A DNA stretch of 64,000 nucleotides from Octopus vulgaris (taxonomy: Eukaryota). Positions 24,856 through 38,617 of the stretch are shown here, in pieces. The DNA lies in the NCBI GenBank assembly GCA_951406725.2, contig OX597822.1:82026001-82090000 (forward strand), written 5' to 3'. The notes under the pieces were generated by a model that saw nothing but the letters and a program-made list of their open reading frames with translations, searched no databases and was not told the origin of the DNA. Position 1 is the stretch's first letter, and the number at the start of each line of letters is the position of its first letter. A program made the translations under genes and the position numbers.

Positions 24856-25440
24856 ACGGTTGACGGGTCTGGAAGCCAGAGGCCTAGGCTCCAGTCTGAT
24901 CTGGCAGAGTTTCTACGGCTGATGCCTCAACGCCAACCACTCCGCGAGTGGATTGGGTGCTCGTGCCACGCACAGGGGCCGGGGTCCGGCACGGTCACGA
25001 TCGGTCGAGCAGAGCTGAGTTGGTTCAGTGAGAGGTTCCACCAGTGGAAAGAGGGGAGATAGTGGGGGTGCAGGAATAGGAAGCACCGTGAGGAAGGTTG
25101 GGTAAGGAGGAACGGTGACAAGGAATGGGTTTGCAGAAGAAATAAAATGTAGGATATCACGACGGGAGGGACTGGAAGGAGATGGCGATTGAGGCAGGAC
25201 AGATTCTAAACAGGTAATGGATCAGTGGTTAATGAGTGGCAGCAGCTTGACTGGTGGGGGAAGGGAGCACAGAAAGCTGGAGAGGAGGTAGGAGGGGAGA
25301 CAGCAATGTGTGGGGATATATATATATATATATATATCAGAAATACTAAATTTCTAAATCTCTCGTAGAGACATGTACGGTGGTGGGGCGATAGAATGGT
25401 TGTATACTGTCACGTTCATGTTAGATTGACAGTATACAAC

Positions 25441-25503
<63 letters not shown>

Positions 25504-25505
<2 letters not shown>

Positions 25506-26060
25506 CCAGGGTGAGTCAAAAAGTAATGCCATTTTGTTTAGGACAGGTATAATTACCAATACAGGAACATGTATCATACATCAAAATGAAGCTGGTCCTC
25601 TGTGGATCACATCCCTACTTCTCAACAAAGTTACCGTTTCTCTCAATAGCAATGTTCCACCTTCAAGTTAGAGCATGTACCCCTGCCCCGTAAAATTCTG
25701 TTGACTGTTCTTTGAGCCACTTCTTCTCTACAGTTTTCACTTCCTTCTCACTGGAACAATGTTTGCCTCTCGAACCCTCTTCCATGGGGCTGAGGAGATG
25801 ATAGCCAAGTGATAAGTGATAAGGAAGTGAAAACTGTAGTGAAGAAGCGGCTCAAAGAACAGTCAACAGACTTTTACAAGGCAGGGATACATGCTCTCAT
25901 TCGAAGGTGGAACATTGCTATTGAGAGAAACGGTGACTATGTTGAGAAGTAAGGATGTGATCCACAGAGGACCAGCTTCATTTTGATGTATGATACATGC
26001 TCCTGTGTTGGTAATTATAACTGTCCTAAACAAAATGACATTACTTTTTGACTCACCCTC

Positions 26061-26063
<3 letters not shown>
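25504..26063. mobile_element. Palindromic mariner MITE built from two 3' ends
   Basis: TA|CAC(C/G)AGGGTGAGTCAAAAAGT termini with arms of about 245 bp. The right arm encodes SDKEVKTVVKKRLKEQSTDFYKAGIHALIRRWNIAIERNGDYVEK* (mariner C-terminus). Inserted in (TA)n. Confidence 0.9.
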
Positions 26064-26112
<49 letters not shown>

Positions 26113-26385
26113 GTATATGTATATATATATGCATGTATGTATATATGTATAAGCACACACTTTTATTAAAGCTGTGAAATTCACAAGTTTTCACATTCAT
26201 CTTGCCTGTGCAACAAATGGGAACATGAAGCTGAGTAACAGTCTTACGATAATTTTGTAGCCTTAATAAAATCATATTACTCTACCTTTGGTATTTGAGT
26301 ACTTTTTTACAACTTATGTGCTCACTTGTGTGTGTGTGTATTACACACACACACACACACACGCAAAACACACAGAATCACAATT

Positions 26386-26790
26386 AGGAGTGGCTGTGTG
26401 GTAAGTAGCTTGCTAACCAGCCACATGGTTCTGGGTTCAGTCCCACTGCGTGGCATCTTGGGCAAATATCTTCTGCTATAGCCTTGGGCCGACCAAAGCC
26501 TTGTGAGTGGATTTGGTAGACGGAAACTGAAAGAAGCCTGTCGTATATATGTATATATATGTATATGTATGTATATGTTTGTGTGTCTGTGTTTGTCCCT
26601 CTAGCATTGCTTGACAACCGATGCTGGTGTGTCTACATCCCCATCACTTAGCGGTTTGGCAAAAGAGACCGATAGAATAAGTATTGGGCTTACAAAGAAT
26701 AAGTCCCGGGGGTCGATTTGCTCGACTAAAGGCGGTGCTCCAGCATGGCCGCAGTCAAATGACTGAAACAAGTAAAAGAGTAAAAGAGTA
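26386..26790 (+). mobile_element. SINE-1 full-length, young-looking copy
   Basis: CpG-retaining head, core and tail, ending (GTAAAAGA)n. Confidence 0.88.
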
Positions 26791-27197
26791 ATACATACAT
26801 AAACATAGTATTATATACTCACATGCAAACACACTAAACACATGTTGCTACCCTTACATATATGTACACCTACATACCCAGGGAAATTCACACCAACAGG
26901 TTTTCCTTTCACTAAATCTGTCTCCTTCCTCCTCCCCTTGCTTTTATTACACATTCTTTACTTTCCTCTCTCCTCCTCCCTCTTCCTTATCTATTTCTTT
27001 CACTTCATCTCCCGCCACCCTATATTTCTCTATATTTCCACTCTTAAGCAGTCGTCTCTCTCTCTCTTTTTCATCTTCTCTTGCCTTACACACCATTCAC
27101 ACAAATATGTTCACACAAATATGTTCACACATATAGACACACACACACACACACAGAGCAGAAAACAATCTCTCTCTTTCCTACTTCTTCCTTACCT

Positions 27198-27235
<38 letters not shown>

Positions 27236-29295
27236 CATACAAGTATACAGGCTTTGGTAAAAAAAAAAAAAACATTCACTACACACACGCATTCATAAAA
27301 TATTCACAACACACACAAGCATCCATACATACAGAAAGATACACACAAAGGCACACAGATCTATGCACACATACATACACAACACATAAATATACACTGT
27401 GAACAAAGCTTTGCCCCCCCCCACACACACACACACCTGTATTAGGTACTGAGAAATAAGAGGAAAACAGACAAAACCTTTCCCTCTGCTGCTTCTACCA
27501 TTTCTTCTTCCTTAATCTTCCTCCTACTACTACTACTCCTGTTATCTATCCCTCCTCCCTATCTCTCACACTTTCTATCTTTACGTTTAACCTCTCAATC
27601 AGTCCTCTCCTTCCTCCTCTCATTCTGCACTGCCTCCCACTGAACCTATCCTATGTGGTCATTTGACAACTAGAGACAACAGCCAAAACTCCCTTAAAAC
27701 TCCATTGACTTAAAAAAAAAAATATAGAAATTGAAACACACTGCAATGTCCTTCTAATGTCTGAAACAAACTCGATGGAATGGTTATGGCTGGAAAGACA
27801 TCGATCATAAATGTGATCAATTATGTTTGACTGGGGCCAAACAACAGCACATCTCCGCTACCCCATCACACTCTTCCCTACACTCCAGTGTCTGCCTCTC
27901 CATCTCAACACCACATCATGTCATTTTTCTTCCTTTCACTCTCTGTCTCTCTCTCTCCCTGTCTTTCTGTCAGTCTGTCTCTGTTTGTCTCTCTGTCAGT
28001 GTCTCTCTCTCTCTCCATGTACTATAGTTTATCTCTATCTGTCTGTCTACTTATCTATCAATCTATCTCTCCCTGTTTCTCTCTCTCTCTCTCTCTCTTG
28101 TTTTTTCCACATACCAAATAATTAATCTATCTATCTGTTTGTCTGTCTGTCTCTTTCTCTCTCTCTCTCTCATTCCCCACATATAGTTTATATGTATCTG
28201 TCGGTCTACTTATCTGTCAATCTATCTCTCTCTGTTTCTCACACACTCTCTCTCTCTCTCTTTTCCACATAACAAATAGTTAATCTATCTATCTACCTGT
28301 CTGTCTGTCTGTCTGTCTCTTTCTTTCTGTCTCTCTCCTTATATGAATGATCCACATATTTTTGTTGCTAAAATTTTATCTGCAATAAATTGCTTAGACA
28401 TCTACAATACACAAAATATTTTAACGATTTTTATACGATCTCTAATAATATTTAATTACAAAAATCTAATAGAATATTTTTAATCATTGAATGGTTCTGA
28501 GAGTCTGTCCAAGGTAAAATAGGGTCAAAGGAGTCCAAATATTAAAAAAAGGGTTGAGAACTACTGATCTATCTCTATCTAAAATCTCCCTATCTAATCT
28601 CAGTATTTTCATCAGTGTACCACTCCTTTTGCCAGGAACGAGTGAGCTTCTGAACTATCACTCAACATGCTAGACATAGCAGTCAAAATCTTTAACAAAC
28701 TTCACCCTACCTTCTTGTAAAAGGAGAAAAAAAAATGGATACACAAAATAATGTAATCTAAGGTAGACTGTTAATGAAAAGGTGTGATCTTTGTTTAAAT
28801 TCCTCTGACCGCAGATATGCTCAAGCAGGTCTGACCTGGGGCTAACCAACACCAACCTACCTTTCTGTTATTCTTTCTTTTGCTCTCTCCTCATGATCAA
28901 GCTTTCTCCCATCACAAAACCTCATCTAATCAATCTCTCCTCTCCACCTCTCCCTCTCTCATTCTTGTTCCTTGCTCAGCTTTTAATTTTACTATAACAC
29001 AATGTCTTTCCCTCTTCTCCCTCCTTATATGCACCACACACACACACACACACTTTCTCACTCTCTCTCTCTCCCCCATTGCACCCCGCCATCGTTTCTG
29101 CCTCTCTCTTCCTCCTCCCCCTCTTTAATAAATCTTTCTTCTCTCATTGACCAATAGACTTTCCAGTTCATTTTACTTTCAGTAAGTCTATAACAACAAC
29201 AAAAAGAAAAAAACTAATAAACAACAAATCACAGACACACACATACATTAACATAAATATAAATATATATACACACACATCTACATACATACACT

Positions 29296-29338
<43 letters not shown>

Positions 29339-30319
29339 GTAAAAACAGTCAGATAGAACATACAAATATACATTCAAGATTCACACACACACACATCCAT
29401 ATACACCCCTTTGTATATGTGTATACACACACACTCACACATACATACATCTCTATCTCACTATATAGATATATGTATATGCACACACATACATACATAC
29501 ACAGACACACCCACACATTCTTACATATGCAGAAAACAGCCAAATAATGAAATTTAGTGCAAGGACATGGACTTTTTATGCCTTAATGATATTTGAAACT
29601 TATAGCTAAGGTATGTTAACATTGCATAATATATGAGGCCAGCAATCCGTGAAATGTGACCTGAAACCTTTAACCAGTGACCTGTTGTAATATAGAAAGT
29701 AAGAAGGGAGAAAATGTAAAAGAAGGGAAAAATAGAGAGAAAAGAAGGAAAAGAAAAAAGGCTCACGTTTCAATATTCAAAATAGTGAACACACACACAC
29801 ACACACATATATACACTCAGAAATATAAAATTTTTACATGAAAATATTACCCCTACATCCTACCCCTCTGTTGTGTGTGTGTGTGTGTGTGTGTGTCTGA
29901 AAGATAGAAAGAAAGAGAGAAAAGTAGCAGAGAATTATAGAATTACACCCACCCACCCACACATATATAAACACATACACATATGTAGACAGACAGATAA
30001 ATATACCTACATGCACATGTATACATATATATAAATAAATATACTTACACATATATAAATGCATGTAATTTCATATATATATACATATTTATGTATATAG
30101 AAAGATGCATTAAAGCTAGACACATACACACATTCAGCAATAGGAAGAGATAGGTCTATATAACCACCTATAAACACAAAGATTAACAACACAAGTACCC
30201 ACAACCATACAAAAAACAACCGCCCATACAAACACATATATCTGTGTGCGTGTGTGTGTATATATAGATAGATAGATAGATAGACAGATAGATAGATAGA
30301 TAGATAAATGTAAGGCAAA

Positions 30320-30514
30320 ATGGATAATATACACACCAAAAAGGATTCTTTAAAAACAGAAGGAAATACACAAAATTCTCCCATAAAACTTCTTGCCAGT
30401 CTGGTATCTCCAGTGGCACTAAATAACAGGAGCCCCTTAGCAAACAATGCACCCCCTGTTTTTACATTTTTTGTTTCGGATTATAGTGATGAAAGACCTC
30501 ATTCTCCACAAACG
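30320..30514 (+). CDS. Candidate first coding exon of an unidentified gene
   Basis: AAAATGG start context, 65 non-repetitive codons (MDNIHTKKDSLKTEGNTQNSPIKLLASLVSPVALNNRSPLANNAPPVFTFFVSDYSDERPHSPQT), then donor ACG|GTAAGG in phase 0. Confidence 0.45.
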
Positions 30515-30590
30515 GTAAGGCTTCATTCCTTATAATAACACTAAGCATTTGGTGAGAGTTTACTTCGTTCTGCTTTTGCTTTATTTAATC

Positions 30591-30646
<56 letters not shown>

Positions 30647-30715
30647 ACACATATATATGTACATGTGTGTATATTTTTATATATATATATGTATGGATAT
30701 GTACAAAAACATACA

Positions 30716-30750
<35 letters not shown>

Positions 30751-31375
30751 GCATGTATGTTGGTACACACACATATATCAATGTATAAATGTATGTGTAT
30801 GTATATAAATATATTTATATATTATGTATATATTATGTAGACAGAGTTGAAATCCAAACTGTGCCCTCTTGAAGTTCATCTGCTTATTTCAGTAATCCAA
30901 ATCCGTCTGTAGATGTTATATTTGTGTGAGTTATGAATAAGAGTTGAAAATACTGGAAAAAAAAAAATTTGCTGCAGAGTAGTAATATCAAAACAAGCGA
31001 TTAGAAAACTTTTTGATATTGTTTTTAAACACGTGTAATGGAGAATAAATGATACTAAAATATTTTCCAATCTCCTCTTTCAATATATATGTATATTATA
31101 TATATATATATATATTACATGATATAATTTTGGAAGGGCATCCAGCCTTAGAAACACTGCCAGATTTGACTGGGCCTGATGAAGCCTTCTGGCTTCACAG
31201 ACCCCAGTAGAACCGTCCAACCCATGCTAGCATGGAAAACGGACGCTAAACAATGATGATGATATATATATTACATGATATAATTATATATATATATTAT
31301 ATATATATATTACATGATATAATTATATATATATATATTATATGATATAATTATATATATGTATATTATATAATA

Positions 31376-31413
<38 letters not shown>

Positions 31414-32012
31414 AAATGACATTAGCACGTGCATGTGTTGTTTATTTGTTTTTCATGCTATTCTACACATCATCCATTGTCAGAGAGTTCCAGTAGCAGA
31501 AAATTGGTCTGCCTAGAAGAAGAGGTTACCCCCAGCCGCTTCCTAATTATTCTTTTTATACAGTGGGTGACAGGGAACGACAGAAAGGAAAAAAGAGACA
31601 GTAAAATATATAAAGAGACACATCAGTGTGAGAATTTCAGTCAGGCTACTTCAATTATTATTGGCCCAAGAAGTATGGAAGAGAAAGTTGAGGTCAGCAG
31701 GATTTTAGAACCAAAATACTCAGAACAAAAATGGCAAAGCAGCATTCTAACTGTTGCTCTAACAATTCTGTGAATTCATTATCTCTCTCTCTCTCTCCCT
31801 CTCTTTCCCTATATATATATTGATAGAAATGCTAAGACAACAAAAGAATGAAAGAGACCTCGATATCATGTAAAAAGAGGAATTTATCTGTACATACATA
31901 CATACATATATATATACATATATGTATCACACATATATGCTTATACATTCACACTTATAAACATGTATGTATATTCACATACATGTGTATGTATTGTCAC
32001 TTGGTCACTCTT

Positions 32013-32044
<32 letters not shown>

Positions 32045-32737
32045 CATGTATGTATGTATGTATTTATATATGTACACATGTATGGAACTGGTAAACAAAT
32101 TATATGGAATGCAAGAACACACACGCATGCACACATATGATGTGAAGATAGATTGATTTCCCCAGATGACTTCCATAGGGTTACAATCGTTTCATAACCT
32201 TCTCCATGTTGTATTTACTTCAAAATACAAAGAAATTATGCACTTGTTTACATCGATATGAATGCTCTGCATTATACAATGTGACAGCAACAGGAGCCTC
32301 TGAATCCATATTTTATACTATCATCATCATCATCATCGTTCAACGTCCGTTTTCCATGCTGGAATGGGTTGGATGGTTCGACTGGCAGTCTGGGAAGCTA
32401 GGAGGCTTGGCAGTGTTTGACCTTCCTAACACCAACCACTCTGAGACTGTAGTGGGTGCGTTTTACAAGCCACCAGCACAGGGGCCAGGGGGGCTGGCAT
32501 TGACCATGTTTGGATGGTGCTTTTACATGTCACCAGTACAGGAGCCAGAGGGGGCTGCCATCAACCACGTTTGGATGGTGATTTTATGTGCCACCAGCAC
32601 GGGGGCCAGTCAAGGCAGCGCTGGCATCAACCACATACAGATGGTGCTTTTCATGTACAGGAGCCAGTCTGGGCGATTGGGCTGGCATTGACCATGTTTG
32701 GATGGTGCTTTTTACATGTCACTAGCACAGGGGGCCA

Positions 32738-32769
<32 letters not shown>

Positions 32770-32933
32770 GACGGGAAAGTTTACAAAAATAAACAAAAGA
32801 CGAAGGCAGGTGGAGTACAAACAAACAAATGTATTAGTATAGCGCTCAGGAATAGAAATAGAACAAGTCTTTTACGTTTCAAGCCTACGCTCTTTGACAG
32901 AAAGATACACAGAAAAAAACAAGGAGAGGAAAA

Positions 32934-32935
<2 letters not shown>
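32770..32935 (-). mobile_element. Penelope-type pLTR fragment with decayed hammerhead-like motif (family F)
   Basis: Minus strand 32867-32906 reads UCUUU CUGUCAA AGAGC GUAG GCUU GAAA CG UA AAAGA. The downstream part is homologous to 2252-2332. Confidence 0.55.
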
Positions 32936-32966
<31 letters not shown>

Positions 32967-33699
32967 TACATATATATACACACATACACACACATGCTTG
33001 TATGTATGTGTGTGCACAAAATGTCTACATTATGACCAGTTGGTCATAATGTAGACATTTTCACAGACTTTTTTAATGACCAGCATCTGGACATAAGCTG
33101 TTGCCTCAAAATAAATACCCATCCAACTGATACCAGCATGGAAAAACACAAGGGGAAGGACAGAGTTACTGAATGAAAGGATATATACCTACAAGTATGA
33201 ATTTGTATATATCAATGTATAACATGTGTGTGTGTGTGTAACTCTTACAACTCACTGCTAGTAGTTAACACATGTTTTGAATCAGGAAGCAGCTGTGAAT
33301 GTGTATGTGTATGTATGCATGTGTGTGTGTGTGCATCGCTAATATACAGCCTCTCCCTCATCAAAACTTGCCAGGTCTTTTTTTTTTTCCTTGTAACATA
33401 ATAACTCCTGGGTCTTGATCTTTAATAAGTTTGGTGCCAATGTAGCATCCGTCTAGCAATGAGAACCAGTCTGAATGTTCTGCAAGTCTCTAATCAGACG
33501 TCTATACTTCTGCAGTGTAGTCCAATGGTTGTTGGCAGCTAAAATGGAGTGAAAATGTACAGCTGAGCAACCCTTTCTGCTTTCCCCATTTTAAGACCCT
33601 GAATCAGACTGACAAGCCATTTTAGACATTACTTAGTTTTATTTCCCAGTGTCACAGTCTTACCATACCATCAGATACTATTATACATCGCTGGTCATA

Positions 33700-34030
33700 A
33701 TGCACTTCCAATTCTGTCTTGATTGTGTCATTCTTTACCATCTTGACCCAAATTGCTTAACTATATCCCTTTCCTATTATCGTGGAGGCCTTTCAAGTCA
33801 CCTTTCCTAATCCCTTGGATACCACATAGGAGCTTGCACAGGCCCACCTGTTGTCTGTGAACCTTGCAACATGTCCGGCCCAGTGGAACTTGTGCTTTTG
33901 GTCCTCTGCAATCACATTGTTCACTCTGCTCTATTCTTGAATCATTTCATTTTGAATATGCTCTCATAACGGTAACTCTAACATGGACCTTTCCAGGGCC
34001 ATTTGCATTGTGGCCAATTGATTTTCTACA
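33700..34030 (-). mobile_element. Decayed RTE-type LINE C-terminal fragment (different family)
   Basis: QMALERSML...HIQNEMIQE*SRV...KFHWAGHVARFTDNRW. Confidence 0.75.
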
Positions 34031-35755
34031 ACACTGACAGAACATGGTTTTGTTTGACCAATCATAATTTGATCAGACAGAAGGTTATATAGAGATATCC
34101 ATTCATGTAAAGAGGGTAATAATGAAGGATGCAAATACACATTGTGTGCCTGGCATCTAATGAAATAATTCAACTTGTTCATTTAATAGAACCTTATCAA
34201 GGAACCACCTTATTTACTCCAAACAGATAAGGGCCAAAAAAAAGAAAGAAAGAAACAGCTTAAAAATCATCCATTCAGCTCAATTCCTGGACTGGAAACA
34301 ATCCTTTGAGGACATTTCACATAGTGGTGGCTGTGTGATTAAGAAATATACTTCCCAACCACATGGTTCCAGGTCCAGTCCCATGGTGTGGCACATTGGG
34401 CAAGTGTCTTCTACTATAGCCTCAGGCCAACCAGAGCCTTGTGAATTGATTTCGAAGATGGAAACTGTAAGTAGCCCTTTGTGTGTGTGTGTCCCATTAT
34501 TGATTGACAACTGGTGTTGGTGTGTTTACATCCCTATGCCTTCACTTGTATTAGACATTAACTTAGACACAGGTTAAAATATGAAAAACAAGACAAAATG
34601 ATCTTCATGGGTGGTTTGAATGCAAGAGCAAGGAGGAATAAAATAAATGGAAGAGAATGATTAGAGACACAATAGCATCAAACTTGTGTCTCTGAGTGAG
34701 AAGTTCAACATTGCCATCACCATCTTTGAGGAGAAGGGTAAATGCAAAGCATAAATGGTATCTCTCAGGTGCAAACACTGATCTTTCCTCTTGGCCAGAC
34801 TTATTTTCAGGGCAGATTGGAAGTGAATGACACCTCTTGTATAACAGTCACACTCATTTACAACTACCATGAGATTTCAAGAAAAAAGATCTCAAACACA
34901 CAAATATATATATGACAAGCTTCTTTCTGTTTCCCCTCAACCAAATCCTCTCAAGTCTTTGGTCAGTTTGGGCTGTAGTAGAAGACATTTACGTTCAGTG
35001 TCATACAGTGGAACTTAACCCTAAACCATGTGGTTGGAAAGCAAACTGTTTAACCACACATCCATGCCTGTGTATGTATGTCTGTCTATACATAAGTAAG
35101 TAGAAGTGAGTGGGGAGAGAGGAACTAGGGGTGTGGGTGGAGGTTTGCAAGAATGTAAGGGGGGAGCAAGAGATGGGGGAATGGTGGAAGGGAGGGGAAG
35201 TAGGTAACAACTGTAAAGACTGGGTAGGATTGAAGGATGGATGTAGGGAATGATGGTCAAGAGTTGGGGAGATGATCAATGATGCATGAATTGGGGAAAG
35301 TTGAAGGATACAGAGAAGGGTTGTGGTCGTGGTGGAAGCAATATGACATCACGGGAGATTTCATGATCATACAAGTAGAATACTTTTGTTTCCAGTCTTG
35401 CATAGGAAAATGTCTGGCCAGAGGGAAATGTCAGCTTTCTTGGAAATAGGTGGCAGTTGGCATTAAGAAGGGCATGTATGTGTGTATGAGGGAAAGAGAG
35501 AGAGAGAGGGAGAGAGAGTTGATGTCTCCTTGTCTTGCTATTATATAATTGTAAATGAGCATCCCTGTCATATAAGCAGTGTCCTTCATTTCCAAACTTC
35601 CATGGAAACATGTCTGACCATGGGAGAATATTACCTTACAGGTGAGGTTTGGCAGCAAGACCATTTTCCCTTAGAGAATCTGCATCAGCAGTGTCTGTCT
35701 GACCCAAATGAACATTAAAAAGTGGACATTAACACAATATTAAACACACACTCAC

Positions 35756-35803
<48 letters not shown>

Positions 35804-36600
35804 TCTGAAATGCGAAAAGTTTGTTTGTTTGTCTGGTTTTGGCATTGAGAACGGGTTAAAGGCCACTAGATCCCGTCGGATTGAATCCAAAATTTACAGA
35901 GACATGTAAAATGAGGTGAGGATGCGAGTGGGCTAGGTTAGAAATCCCTATCTTAAAAGGTGTCATTGCTAGGGCCAAAAACGTACTTTGACAAGTCTAC
36001 TCTCATTCTTTTATGTATCTGTCTTCCTCCATCACTCACTCTCTTTCCTCCCTTCCCATCACTTTCTATCTATAACGTCATTTCACAGCGTCTACTTCCC
36101 CTTCACTTTCTCTTTATAACGTCGTTTCACAGCATTCTATATCTCCCCCCTCCCCGCCTTCGACAGCACTTTCACACTCTCTCTCTCTCTCTACATCTGC
36201 CTGCATTCATACAGAATTATCATCGCCACCACCACCACACAATCATGAGAACAAATATTATGAATCAGATATTTATTGGGTTAATTTATATGTGTGTGTG
36301 TGTGTTCTATATATAAATATGTATATATAATGTATATATACAAAGTGTATATATCTGTATTTATGTATATTAAACTTTTTAATACTTTTTGATAGTTATA
36401 TATATTTTTTTTAAATTATAAATATAAATTAATAATTTTAATTTTAAATTTAAATAATTTAAATTTTAAAATTTTATATTTTATATATTTTGTATATTAT
36501 ATTTTTATTTTTATGTTTTGGTTTATGTTTTTCAATGTTTGATTTGCCTATTAGTGGTTTTATCTCTAATTTAATTTAATTTATATATATAATTTGTATA

Positions 36601-37385
36601 CATCATCATCATCATCATCATCATCGTTTAGCGTCCGTTTTCCATGCTAGCATGGGTTGGACGGTTCTACTGGGGTCTGTGAAGCCAGAAGGCTTCATCA
36701 GGCCCAGTCAAATCTGGCAGTGTTTCTACGGCTGGATGCCCTTCCTAACGCCAACCACTCCGTGAGTGTAGTGGGTGCTTTTTACGTGCCACCCGCACTG
36801 GTGCCAGACAGAGCTGGCAAACGGCCACGAACGGATGGTGCTTTTTATGTGCCACCAGCACGAGGGCCAGGCGAGGCTGGCAACGGACACGAAACGGGGC
36901 GGTGCTGGCAACGGTCGCGAAACGGAAAGTTCTCTTACATGCCACCGGCACTGGTAACACATCTGCAATTTCCATTGATCGATTTCCATTGATCGATTTC
37001 GATTCTGATCCTCACTTGCCTCAACGGGTCTTCACAAGCAGAGTTTTGACATGCCACCGGCACTGGTAGCACATCCGCAATTTCCATTGATCGATTTCGA
37101 TTCTGATCCTCACTTGCCTCAACACGTCTTCACAAGTAGAGTTTTGTGTCCCAAGAAGGGAAGGTATGCATACGTAGGCCGGCTCCATCCCATGTAGAAG
37201 GCCACGGGTTATGGACTCACTTGTCCTGCCGGGTCTTCTCGCGCACAGCACACTTCCAGAGGTCTCGGTCTCTAGTCATTTCCTCAGTGAGACCTAAAGT
37301 TCGAAGGTCGTGCTTCACCACCTCGTCCCAGGTTTTCCTGGGTCTGCCTCTTCCACAGGTTCCCTCAACCGCTAGGGTGTGGCAC
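36601..37385 (-). mobile_element. RTE LINE 3' end (coding tail plus 3' UTR)
   Basis: LAVEGTCGRGRPRKTWDEVVKHDLRTLGL...DRDLWK followed by the 3' UTR and (GAT)n. Confidence 0.9.
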
Positions 37386-38561
37386 GTGTGCATTATGTGG
37401 TCGGTTGAGCTGAATATATGCACACCTATGTTAAAAGTGCTGGCGAGTTTGCACGACAACTATTTTTTTCCTCAAATGAAAGGCGTCACCTCTAGGACAA
37501 AATTCCTCATCTAATAAAATGTGGCCCTAGTAGACCCGAATGAAATCGGGTTATATTAACCAAAATATGAAAAGAGGTCTAAATGGGGCTGGAAGGAGAT
37601 TAAAATTTACAGGAGCGGGTGTTTAGGAATTCTCTGTTACATGGAGCTAAAAAATTTGTGCCAGACATTTAATCGACAATGTGTTGAATGTTTTGAATGC
37701 TTGCCATGGTGAGTCTACTGTCCTGAGAAAGAATCACTTGAAAACTTGGTGTTTAGGAATTTTCTTTTACATCAAGTTCAAAATTTTACGCCAGCTGTTA
37801 AACTGTCAATACGTTGCTGTCCGTCGTTAAGAAATTCCAGCCATGGCGACTCTACTATCCTCAGATTCTATCCCTTCAAACTTTGGTTTCCAATATTTTA
37901 TTATTTTTATTCAGCTCGCAAGTTTGTCTGTCCCTTTTAAATGTTAGTGTTTTGCTGTCTGCCTTGAAGCAGACCTTTCCGTTGTCGCTGCTTGATATTT
38001 ATGATTGATTTTTCAAAATATTTTATTTCTCAACTTACTCAAGATCTTTTGTTGTTTATAAATGGGAGAGAGATAGATAAAGATAGAGAGTAAGAGAAAG
38101 CGTGGGAGAGTCCGAGAGAAAAGAAAAGTAAGAGAGTGGGAAAGTGAGAGAGAAAGGAGAGAAAAACAAAGAGGGAGAATCATCATCATCATCATCGTTT
38201 AACGTCCGTTTTCCATGCTAGTATGGGTTGGACGGTTTGACCGGGGTCTGGGAAGCCAGGAGGCTGCAACTGGCTCCAGTCTGATCTGGCAGTGTTTCTA
38301 CAGGTGGATGCCCTTCCTAACGCCAACCACTCCCTGAGTGTAGTAGGTGCTTTTTTCGTGCCGCCGGCACAGGTGCCAGGGGGCTGGCAGCGGCCACGAT
38401 AGGTTGGTGCGTTTTATGTGCCACCAGCACAGAAGCCAGCCAAGGTGGCGCTGCCATCGGCCACGTTCGGATGGTGCTTTTTACGTGCTGAAAGGAAGCA
38501 ACAGAAAGTAACAACCACACTCTTACCCGCGCGTAGAGCAGGTCACCTAAAGCTAGTATGT

Positions 38562-38595
<34 letters not shown>

Positions 38596-38617
38596 ATATA
38601 TATATATATATATATAT

